Positions 1 through 11,189 of a stretch of 64,000 nt of DNA are shown here, piece after piece. Position numbers and translations under genes: made by a program. This DNA comes from Pristiophorus japonicus (Eukaryota). A model generated the notes under the pieces. The model had not been told where the DNA came from. It saw nothing but the letters and a program-made list of their open reading frames with translations, and made no database searches. The stretch spans positions 273,730,001 to 273,794,000 of the forward strand of contig NC_091980.1 of assembly GCF_044704955.1 (NCBI RefSeq), in the 5' to 3' direction. How positions within the stretch are numbered: position 1 is the stretch's first letter; every line of letters begins with the position of its first letter.

Positions 1-201
1 TACATCACATGTCGCATCCTTTAAAAGGCTGCTGTGCTTCAACCTCGGGGGAGTTTGGATGTACTCTGGTGGTCGTTGGAATTGATGTGAACATCTGTAC
101 AAACATCTTGACCATTCTGTGACCGATTGGAATTTAATAGGTGTATTTGTCGGGACATTCATTGTTTGTGACCAATTGGTGGAAAACAGAGAGCTACTGC
201 A

Positions 202-1243
202 ATGGGGCCTGCCCTTTCTCACCCTCTCTTCATGACCAATTACATGCAGCAGGCTCAAGATGGCCGAAGGTATGCTCCACAGAATTATGTGCCCAGTGTA
301 AGACGTGCCAGACTGATGAGGAGGACCAGATGTTACACCCCACTCCCGCAAGTACAGGGAGAAGCAATATTACCTCGATTTGCACGACACCATCTGCCTT
401 CAGAGACTGCGCTTCCACAAAGAGGTTATCACTAAGGTATGCCAGCTGATAAGGGGAGATCTGCAGCCTGCCAGCACCATCAGTACCTCACTGTCCGTTG
501 AGGTCAAAGTCACTGCGGCACTGTCGTTCTATGCTTCGGGTTCTTTTCAGGCCACAGCTGGAGACATTTGCGGACTTTCTCAGCATGCCAGACATTGCTG
601 CATTAGACAGGTCACTGAAGCCCTGTACACATGCAAGAGGGACTTGATCAGCTTTCCCTATGACCAGGGAGGCAGAGAGTGAGACGGCTCAAGGATTCTT
701 TAGAATTGCAAACTTTCCCAAGGTGCAGGGAGCAATAGACTGTACACGCAACGCGAGGCGGGCACCTTTTCAGGATGCAGAGATTTTCAGGAAATGCAAG
801 AGATTCCACTCCCTGAATATTTAACGCGTTGTCGACCACCAGCAAATTATAATGGCAGTGAATGCTAAATTTTCATAGCAGCATCCTGCGTGAGAGCACT
901 GTATCTGACTTGTTTAACAATCAGCCACAAGGTCAATGTTGGATGCTTGGTGACAAAGGATATGGCCTCGCCACCTAGCTGATGACCTCGCTGCGTGACA
1001 CCCACACCGAAGCCGAGAGGCGATACACCAAGAGCCACAGAGCCACTCACAATATCATGGAGAAAACCATTGGAGTGCTTAAGCAGCGCTTTCGATGCCT
1101 GGACCACTAAGGAGGTGAGCTCCAATACCATCCTGAGCAGGTAGCTCAATTCGTGGTGGTGTGCTCCATGCTGCACAACTTGGCTATCAGGAGGGGACAA
1201 GAATTGTCTGATGAGTTTGACAGACCACCTCACCAGAGAGAGG
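202..1243 (+). mobile_element. Harbinger/PIF transposase (HARBI1-like DDE nuclease), frameshifted; 5' part
   Basis: Translates to CLQRLRFHKEVITKVCQLIRGDL..SVEVKVTAALSFYASGSFQ..FPKVQGAIDCT..GDKGYGL..EKTIGVLKQRFRCL..CSMLHNLAIRRG, which are HARBI1-family motifs. Interrupted at ~1243 by a CR1 3' tail. Confidence 0.9.
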
Positions 1244-2823
1244 AAACATTGAAATATAGAAAATAGGTGTAGGAGTAGGCCATTCGGCCCTTCGAGCCTG
1301 CACCACCATTCAATATGATCATGGCTCATCATGCAACTACAGTACCCCATTCCTGCTTTCTCTCCATATCCTTTGATCCCTTTAGCTATAAGGGCCATAT
1401 CTAACACCCTTTTGAATATATCCAATGAACTGGCGTCAACAATTCTCTGTGGTAGAGAATGCCACAGGTTCAAAATTCTCTGAGTGAAGAAGTTTCTCCT
1501 CATCTCGGTCCTAAATGGTTTACCCCTTATCCTTTGACTGTAAACCTTGGTTCTGGACTTCCTCAACAACAGGAACATTCTTCCTACATCTAACCTGTCC
1601 AATCCCATCAGAATTTTATATATTTCTATGAGATCCCCTCTCATTCTTCTAAATTCCAGTGAATATAAGTATAGTCAATCCAGTCTTTCTTCATATGTCA
1701 GTCCTGCCATCCCGGGAATCAGTCTGGTGAACCTTCGCTGCACTCCCTCAGAATGTCCTTCCTCAGATTAGGAGACCAAAACTGTACACAATATTCAAGG
1801 TGTGGCCTCACCAAGGCCCTGCATAACTGCAGTAAGACCTCCCTGCTCCTATACTCAAATCCTCTCGCAATGAAGGCCAACATGCCATTTGCCTTCTTCA
1901 CCGCCTGCTGCACCTGCATGCCAACTTTCAATGACTGATGTACCATGACACTCAGGTCTCGTTGCACCTCCCCTTTTCCTAATCTATCACCATTCAGATA
2001 ATATTCTGCCTTTCTGTTTTTGCCACCAAAGTGGATAACCTCACATTTATCTACATTAAACTGCATCTACCATGCATTTGCCCACTCACATAACCTGTCC
2101 AAGTCACCCTGCAGCCTTTTTGCATCCTCCTCACAGCTCACACTGCTACCCAGCTTAGTTCATCTGAAAACTTGGAGATATTACATTCAATTCGTTTGTC
2201 CAAATCATTAATGTATATTGTAAATAGCGGTACCCCACTAGTCACTGCCTGCCATTCTGAAAAGGTCCCATTTATCCTACTCTTTGTTTCCTGTCTGCCA
2301 AAGAGTTCTCTATCCATGTCAATACATTATCCCCAATACCATGTGCTTTAATTTTGCACACTAATCTCTTGTGTGGGACCTTGTCAAAAGCCTTTTGAAA
2401 GTCCAAATGCACCACATCCACTGTTTCTCCCTTGCACACTCTACTCGTTACATCCTCAAAAAATTCTAGCAGATTTGTCAAGCATGATTTCCCTTTCATA
2501 AATCCATGCTGAATTGGACCGATCCTGTCACTGCTTTCCAAATACGCTGCTTTAATAATTGATTCCTACATTTTCCCCACTACCGATGTCAGGCTCACCG
2601 GTCTATAATTCCCTGTTTTCTCTCTCACTCCTTTTTTAAAAAATGGGGTTACATTAGCTACCATCCAATCCATAGGAACTGTTCCAGAGTCTATAGAATG
2701 TTGGAAAATGACCAACCATTATTTCTAGGGCCACTTCCTTAAGTACTCTGGGATGCAGACTATCAGACCCGGGGGATTTATTGGCCTTCAATCCCATCAA
2801 TTTCCCTAACACAATTTCCTGAC

Positions 2824-5787
2824 ATGAAAACTGACTGCCAAAGCTTCTAAAGATATGTGAAGAGAAAAAGATTAGTGAAGACAAACGTAGGTCCCTTGCA
2901 GTCAGAATCAGGTGAATTTATAATGGGGAACAAAGAAATGGCAGACCAATTGAACAAATACTTTGGTTCTGTCTTCATGAAGGAATCCACAAATAACCTT
3001 CCGGAAAAACTAGGGGACCGAGGGTCTAGTGAGAAGGAAGAACTGAAGGAAATCCTTATTAGTCAGGAAATTGTGTTAGGGAAATTGATAGAATTAAAGG
3101 CCGATAAATCCCCAGGGCCTGATAGGCTGCATTCCAGAGTACTTAAGGAAGTGTGCCTAGAAATAGTGGATGCATTGGTGATCACTTTCCAGCAGTCTAT
3201 CAACTCGGGATCAGTTTTTATAGACTGGAGGGTAGCTAATGTAACATGACTTTTTAAGAAAGGAGGGAGAGAGAAAATGGGTAATTATAGATCGGTTAGC
3301 CTGACATCAGTAGTGGGGAAAATGTTGGAATCAATTATTAAAGATGAAATAACAGTGTATTTGGAAAGCAGTAACAGATTAGTCCAAGTCAGCATGGATT
3401 TATGAAAGGGAAATCATGCTTGACAAATCTTCTAGAATTCTTTGAGGATGTAACTCGTAGAGTGGACAAGGGAGAACCAGTGGATGTGGTGTATTTGGAC
3501 TTTCAAAAGGCTTTTGACAAGGTCCCACCCAAGAGATTGGTGTGCAAAATTAAAGCACATGGTATTGGGGGTAATGTACTGGCGTGGATAGAGAACTGGT
3601 TGACAGACAGGAAACAGAGAGTTGGGATAAACAGGTCCTTTTCAGAATGGCAGGCAGTGACTAGTGGGGTGCCGCAGGGCTCAGTGCTGGGACCCCAGCT
3701 ATTGACAATATACATCAATGATTTAGATGAAGGAATTGAGTGTAATATCTCCAAGTTTGCAGATGACACTAAGCTGGGTGGCGGTGTGAGTTATGAGGAG
3801 AATGCTAAGAGGCTGCAGGGTGACTTGGACAGGTTAAGTGAGTGGGCAAATGCATGGCAGATGCAGTATAATGTGGATAAATGTGAGGTTATCCACTTTG
3901 GTGGCAAAAACACGAAGGCAGAATATTATCTGAATGGTGATAGATTAGGAAAAGGGGAGGTGCAACGAGACCTGGGTGTCATGGTACATCAGTCATTGAA
4001 AGTTGGCATGCAGGTACAGCAGGCGGTGAAGAAGGCAAATGGCATGTTGCCCTTCATAGCTAGGGGATTTGAGTATAGGAGCAGGGAGGTCTTACTGCAG
4101 TTGTACAGGACCTTGTGAGGCCTCATCTGGAATATTGGGCCCAAGTTTCCACACGATAAAAAACGGGCGCCCCTCCGAGCTGGGCGCCCGTTTTTCGTAC
4201 CTAAAATGGCGCCTAAAAAAAACCGCGCTATTCTGGAGCGCCTTGCAGCTCCATGTCTGCCTGGCGCGGCGTGCAGGGGGCGGAGCCTACTACTCGCGCC
4301 GATTTTGTAAGTGAGAGGGGCGGGTACCATTTAAATTAGTTTTTTTCCTGCCGGCAACCCTGCGTGTGCGCGTTGGAGCGTTCGCGCACGCGCAGTATGA
4401 AGGAAACATTGGCACTCAGCCATTTTTGTAGTTCTTTGTAGCTGTTTAATTTTTGAACATTTTTTAATAAAAGCACATTGCCATCAGCACATCAGCACTG
4501 AGGCTTCCTGCAGCCTTCTCACTGTCTCCTTCCCGCCCGCCGTCTGGAATGGCTTCCTCCCCCCCCCCCTCCCCCCCCCGCTGCGTTCGGTCGATCGGGC
4601 CCACACTCCCACCCGCCCGCCGTCTGGAACAGCTTCCTCCCCCCCCCGCTGCGTTCGGTCGATCGGTCCCGCACTCCCACACTCCCGCCCGCCCGCTGTC
4701 GGGAACGGCTTCCTCCTCCCCCCCTGCCGTCGGGAACGAACGAACGAACTTGTGAGGCTGGCTGAAGCACTTTCACACAGGTGGGAACATGGTTTATTTA
4801 ATCTTTTCTTTGCTTATAAATGTTTATTCAGGTTGGATTTATTTGTATAATATTTGTAGAAGTATAAATAAGGATTTATTGTAGAATTTAATGACTTCCC
4901 TTCCCCCCCCCCCACCTCGTTCCGGACGCCTAATTTGTAACCTGCGCCTGATTTTTTAATGTGTAGAACAGGTTTTTTCAGTTCTACAAAAATCTTCACT
5001 TGCTCCATTCTAAGTTAGTTTGGAGTACGTTTTCACTGTGGAAACTTTGAAATCAGGCGTCAGTGGCCGGACACGCCCCCTTTTGAAGAATAAATTCTGT
5101 TCCAAAGTAGAACTGTTCTACCTGACTAGAACTGCAGAAAAAAAAATGTGGAGAATTGCGATTTCTAAGATAGTCCGTTCTCCACCAGTTGCTCCTAAAA
5201 ATCAGGCACAAATCACGTGGAAACTTGGGCCCATTGTATTTAGTTTTGGTCTCCTAATCTGAGGAAGGACGTTCTTGCTATTGAGGGAGTGCAGCGAAGG
5301 TTCACCAGACTGATTCCTGGGATAGCAGGACTGACATATGAGGAGAGACTCGATCAACTGGGCCTGTATTCACTGGAGTTTAGAAGGATGAGAGGGGATC
5401 TCATAGAAACATATAAAATTCTGACGGGACTGGACAGGTTAGCTGCAGGAAGAATGTTCCCGATGTTGGGGAAGTCCAGAACCAGGAGACACAGTCTAAG
5501 GATAAGGGGTAAGCCATTTAGGACCGAGATGAGGAGAAACTTCTTCACTCAGAGAGTTGGTAACCTGTGGAATTCTCTGCCGCAGAGAGTTGTTGATGCC
5601 AGTTCATTGGATATATTCAAGAGGGAGTTAGATATGGCCCTTACGGTTAAAGGGATCAAGGGGTATGGAGAGAAAGCAGGAAAGGGGTACTGAGGTGATG
5701 ATCAGCCATGATCTTATTGATTGTTGGTGCAGGCTCAAAGGGCCAAATGGCCTACTCCTGCACCTATTTTCTATGTTTCTATGTTTC
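2824..5787 (+). mobile_element. 5'-truncated CR1 LINE inserted antisense into the preceding CR1
   Basis: RT ORF 3402-4118 (GVPQGSVLGP, FADD), C-terminus 5289-5693, (TTTCTATG)n tail. The host CR1 reads continuously across it (ttcctgac|taataagg). Confidence 0.92.
4137..5232. mobile_element. Non-autonomous Harbinger-type DNA transposon (MITE)
   Basis: Perfect 16-bp TIR gggcccaagtttccac / gtggaaacttgggccc, 3-bp TSD ATT (4134-4136, 5233-5235); internal GC-rich degenerate tandem repeats at 4530-4745. Confidence 0.92.
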
Positions 5788-8406
5788 TAATAAGGATTTC
5801 CTTCAGTTCCTCCTTCTCGCTAGACCCTCTGTCCCCTAGTATTTCCGGTAGTTATTTGTGTCTTCCTCAGTGAGGACAGAACCAAAGTATTTGTCCAATT
5901 GGTCTGCCATTTCTTTGTTCCCCATTATAAATTCACCTGAATCTGACTGCAAGGGACCTACATTTGTCTTCACTAATTGTTGTCTCTTCGTGTACATATA
6001 GAAGCTTCTGCAGTCAGTTTTTATGTTCCCTGCAAACTTACTCTCGTATGCTATTTTCCCCCTCCTAATTAAATCCTTTGTCCTTCTCTGCTGAATTCTA
6101 AATTTCTCAAAGTCCTCAGGTTTGTTGCTTTTTCTGGCCAACTTATATGCCTCTTCCTTGGATTTAACACTATTCCTAATTTCCCTTGTTAGCCACGGTT
6201 GAGCCACCTTCCCCTTTTAGTTTTATGCCAGACAGGGATATAGAATTGTTGAACTTCATCCATGTGATCTTTAAATGTCTGCCATTGCCTATCCACCATC
6301 ATCCCTTTTAATATCATTTGCCAGTCTATCCTAGCCAATTCATGTCTCATACCATCGAAGTTACCTTTCTTTAAGTTCAAGTACCCTCGTCTCTGAATTA
6401 ACTGTGTCACTCTCCATCTTAATGAAGAATTCTACCATATTATGGTCACTCTTCCCCAAGGGGCCTGCAATACAAAATTGCCAATTAATCCTCTCTCATT
6501 GCACAAGACCCAATCTAGGATGGCCTGCTCTCTAGTTGGTTCCTCGACATATTGGTCTAGAAAACCATCTCTTATACACTCCAGGAAATCCTCCTCCACA
6601 GTATTGCTACCAGTTTGGTTAGCTCAATCTATATGTAGATTAAAGTCACCCTTAATAACTGCTGTACCTTTATTGCACGCATCCCTAATTTCCTGTTTGA
6701 TGCCATCCCCAACCTCCCTACTACTGTTTGGTGGTCTGTACACAACCGCCACTAGCATTTTCTGTCCTTTGGTGTTCCACAGCTCCACCCATACAGATTC
6801 GACATCATCCAAGCTAATGTACTTCCTTACTATTACATTAATCTCCTCTTTAATCAGTAACACTACCCCACCTCCTTTTTTTTTTGTGTATCCTTCCTGA
6901 ATATTGAAAACCCCTGGATGTTGGTCACTCTGGAGCCATGTCTCCGTAATCCTAATTACATCACATCCGTTAACAGCGTAGTTAATTCATCCACCTTATT
7001 ATGAATGCTCCTCGCGTTGAGACTCAGAGCCTTCAGGCTTGTTTTTTTAACACTCTTTGTCCTTTTAGAATTATGATGTAATATGGCCCTTTTTGATTTT
7101 TGCCTTTGATTTCTCTGCTCTCCACCTTTCCTTATCTCCTTTCTACCTTTTACTTCTGCCCCCATATTACTTCCATCTGTCTCCCTGCATAGATTCCCAT
7201 CCCTCTGCCGTATTAATTTAAACCCTCCCCAACAGCACTAGCAAACACTCCCCCCAGGACATTGGTTCTTTTCCTGTCTAGGTGCAGACCGTCCAGTTTG
7301 TACTGGTCCCACCTCCCCCAGAACCGGTTCCAATGTCCCAGGAATTTGAATCCCTCCCTCTTGCACCATTCCTCAAGCCATGAATTCATCTTAACTATCC
7401 TGCTATTTCTACTCTGACTAGCAATTGCACTAGTAGCAATCCTGAGATTTCTACCTTTGACATCTTGCTCCTCGCTCCCTAAATTCAGCTTGTAGGACCT
7501 CATCCCGTTTTTTACCTATATCATTGGTACCTATATGCACCACGACAACTGGCTGTTCACCCTCCCCCTCCAGAATGCGCTGCAGCTGCTCCAAGACATC
7601 TTTGACCCTTGCACCAGGGAGGCAACATCCCATCCTGGAGTCTCGATTGCGGCCGCAAAAACGCCTATCTATTCCCCTTACAATAGAATCCCCTACCACT
7701 ATAGCTCTCCCACTCTTTTTTCTGCCCTCCTGTGCAGCAGAGCCACCCATGGTGCCATGAACTTGGCTGCTGCTGCCTTCCCCTGTTGGGCCATCTCCCC
7801 CAACAGTACCCAAAACGGTATATCTGTTTTGATGGGGGATGACCGCAGGGGACCCCTGCACTACCTTCCTTCCACTGCTCTGTCTGATGGTCATCCATTT
7901 CCTATCTACCAGAGTAACCTTTACCTGCAATGTGACCAACTCACTAAACATGCTATTCATGACATCCTCAGCATCGCGGATGCTCCAGAGTGAATCCATG
8001 CGCTGCTCCAGAGTGAATCCATGCGCTGCTCCAGTGCCGCAATGCAGTCTGTCAGGAGCTGCAGCTAGATGCCCTCCCTGACTTCCCACATAGCACAGGA
8101 GGAGCATGGCATGGGTCTGGGTTCTCCTGCCATGATTTAACTCTGAAATTAACTTAATTGGATAACAATGTCAAAGGTTACCTACTGATAAGGAAATAAA
8201 TAGAAAAGGAAAAAGATTAAATACTCCCCAATCCATCAGCCAATCACTTACCCGCTTGGCTGTGATGTCACCCTTCGATTTCTTTCTACTTCTTTGTTTT
8301 ACCTTCGGCCTCTGCATATGCTAGCCCCCAACGATCTGCTGCCGCTCCGACTCACTGTCACGTTTATCCTCCTGTGCCGCCAGCTCTCACAATGCTGGCC
8401 CCCAAT

Positions 8407-9521
8407 GAAGAGGAGGATGAGGAGGCCCACACAATCAGGTTGACGCTGAAGCCATGCCCCCAACCCCTGTAGACCGCACGTGAGGGCCCGTGGTGGCATG
8501 ATAACTGCAAGAGCCTTACGTCAGGATCTCATCAATGAGTGCTTTGCCTGAAAGAACGTTAGTATTATTTACAAGGCTGACATACTGCTGGGTGTGCAGG
8601 TCATACATCAATGGTGGGCATCACCTTGATGACAGTTAAAGTTTAAGTTGATTGAAGTTAGATGATGGTGATTCCTTTGATGTTAAGGAATCACCATCAT
8701 GTAACGGCGCAGCTATCTGAGCCAATGCGCAACAAGGTTTTGTTAAATAAAAAACATTTAAACCGAACAGTTGTCTGAAATCATCAGTATTTCTGTAAAA
8801 AACAATTCTTCCCCCCGCCTCCCCGCTTCTCCTCCCCACCTCTACCCCTTCCCCTTCCCCTCCTGGCTCCAAGCCGCCTGGCTGAGGAGCTCCTCAGGTG
8901 ATGCTTCATTGCAGGGGGCGGGTGGATGACGGCTGAACCACTGCTTGGATGGATACGGGAGAGGACGGTCTCGAGGTGGAAACGTGCTCCGAGCCAGGCA
9001 CAAGATGTTGCTGCTGGCTCTCATATCTGGTTGGCAATGGGAGCTGTGGCACCTTGGGATGCAGTGCGGTGCTCCGGGACTACTGGGAGCCCTCTGCCAC
9101 CAGTGTTCCTGGCTTCGAGCTCCAGGACCTCCTCCATCTCTTTTTGCTGCTGGTGAATCTCCCTTGCGCCTCCCACAATAGCCAAACAAGCACACACCAC
9201 AGCCACACATGCCTTCAGTCCCTCTCAGCTCCCTCTCTCTCTGTCTCCTCTTCTGTGCTTGTCATGATGCTTGACCTCCTGAATCGCGGAAATCAAGCCA
9301 TGCCATTGCTAAGGACGGCGACACTTTACGGCAGAAGGTCAGCGAGATTTAACGCTACCGCCCATTTCATATCGTTCGCGGTAACGCCCAATTTCAAAAA
9401 TAGAGACTAGGTGCTTTGAGAATGGGCGAGAAGCCGGCAATCTGAAAACCCATTTTTACTGCCCACTCTGGAAATAATGCCCATTTTTGGCCGATATGCA
9501 CAAAAGTGTAAAATCTAGCCC
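8407..9521 (+). mobile_element. 3' part of the Harbinger element begun at 202 (transposase C-terminus + right end)
   Basis: Acidic EEEDEE followed by ARALRQDLINECFA* (stop 8549-8551); terminal gtgtaaaatctagccc at 9506-9521 matches the TIR at 14099. Confidence 0.8.
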
Positions 9522-9994
9522 ATGGTCTTTAATCATGGTTTGAACATCTTTCAGAACCTCCGCCCAGTCGGAGGTAAGGGACTAAAGATTAAGGGGCTGA
9601 AATTCTGGGGGCCAAGGGGGACGGAAGAACAATGCATTCAGTTCAGAGGGGCCGCAATTTGGGAAGGAACCTTGATCCGCTGGGACTCCATCTTCCATAA
9701 TTTACCTCAGGCTTCCCGATTAGCAGGAAGGAGGCTGAGTTTTCTGCTCACCCCCTCTTTCCCAACATCTACAGAAAGCACTGGGATATGCCTGAGCTAT
9801 TGGGCTACTCTGGACATTCTGCTCATTATCCGCTCCTAAGGCCCAGTGGACTGACGCCAGCTGAGGGCTGCTGTGAGTTCTATACAAGATCTTCCAAAGG
9901 CCCCCCAAAATACTTCTCAGCAAAAGAAATTGATCCCATATGGGATGCTCGCCCCAATTATATACATAGCTTTGTCTCCGGAACTCGGGACACA

Positions 9995-10455
9995 GACATA
10001 GGAACAGAAATAGCCCATTCAGCCCCTCAAGCCCGTTCCGCCATTAAGTTAGATCATGGCTGATCTGTATCTTAACTCCATCTACCCAGCTTGTTTCCGT
10101 AACCCTTAATACTTTTGCCTAACAAAAATTGATCAATCCCAGTTTTGAAATTTTCAATTGACCTAGCCTCAACAGTACTTTTTGGGGGAGAGAGTTCCAA
10201 ATTTCCACAACCTTTTGAGTGAAGAAGTGTTTCCTGACATCACCCTTGAATGGCCTAGCTTTAATTTTAGGTTATGCCCGCTTATTCTGGACTCCCACCC
10301 CACCCCCCCACCAGTGGAAATAATCTATCTCCATCTACCCTATCAACTCCTTTAGTCATTTAAACACCTTAGTTAAATCACCTCTTAATATTCTATATTC
10401 AAGGCGATACAAGCCTAGATAGACTATGCACCCATGTCCTCATAATTTAGCCCAG
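9995..10455 (-). mobile_element. CR1 3' fragment
   Basis: acataggaacagaa..cattcagcccctcaagcc tail and RT C-terminal remnant, similar to the other CR1 3' ends in the window. Confidence 0.7.
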
Positions 10456-10858
10456 GTTTCATTCTGAGTGTTTGCCTCCTCTCCTGCAGCTGACTGAGAG
10501 CCCTGCTCTGCCACACTTCCGGCAGTGCAAAAGGACCCCAGAAATGTTCCTCAGCTCAACATTGAAATGGTATGATTCCATCATAATTACCTCACATCCA
10601 ATGTTGGCATTATTAATGTAAATACAATCAAATAATGCTAAAATTCTATCCTTAGCAACAGCACTGAAACTCTGCACCATTGCTAATGAAATGGGATGCT
10701 CTAGTTATACACCTCTAAATAGAACACATGGCACTCATTGCGATACTGATGCTATTTAATGACAGTCGAGTCATTCTAACATTAAATTCCGTGTATATGT
10801 GATTATGAGATCGGTATGGTAGATTTATTTAGAAGCTTTTGCTTCTTTGTCTCATACC

Positions 10859-11165
10859 TTTCAGATGAGATGTCTACTCTCTCAAGTGGACATAAAAGAT
10901 CCCATGGCACTATTTCGAAGGAGAGCAGGGAGTTATCCCTGATGACCTGGCCAATATTTATCTCTCAATCAACATAACAAAAAAACAGATTATCTGGTCA
11001 TTATCACATTGCTGTTTGTGGGAGCTTGCTGCGCGCAAATTGGCTGCCGCATTTCCTACATTACAACAGTGACTACACTCCAAAAATACTTCATTGGCTG
11101 TAAAGCACTTTGAGATGTCCGGTGGTCGTGAAAGGCGTTATATAAATCCAAGTATTTATTTTTAC
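10859..11165 (+). mobile_element. Deu-domain/SacSINE1-like SINE, 5' truncated
   Basis: Shares ctggtcattatcacattgctgtttgtgggagcttgct..cctacattacaacagtgact..tatataaat with 17015-17456 and 34620-35040. Confidence 0.75.
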
Positions 11166-11189
11166 CTTGACAGGGAGTATTTCTATAAT

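Larger units (their letters stand above)
1244..8406 (-). mobile_element. Near full-length CR1 LINE (5'UTR, ORF1 SGNH esterase, ORF2 APE endonuclease + RT), degenerate, interrupted by 2824-5787
   Basis: ORF1 7213-8107 (VVGDSIVRG, CLPGARV, VHIGTND, DGLHL); EN 6189-7050 (VYRPPNS, GDFN); RT 1250-2823 (QHGFMKGKSCLTNL, DFQKAFDKV); degenerate CATAGAAA-type tail at ~1244. Confidence 0.92.

Noticed and set aside
202-1243. Domesticated host HARBI1 gene
   Set aside because: Frameshifts, stops, a LINE insertion and a TIR-bearing end indicate a dead transposon.
865-1644. 259-aa minus-strand gene
   Set aside because: CR1 C-terminus reading through into the antisense of the Harbinger transposase.
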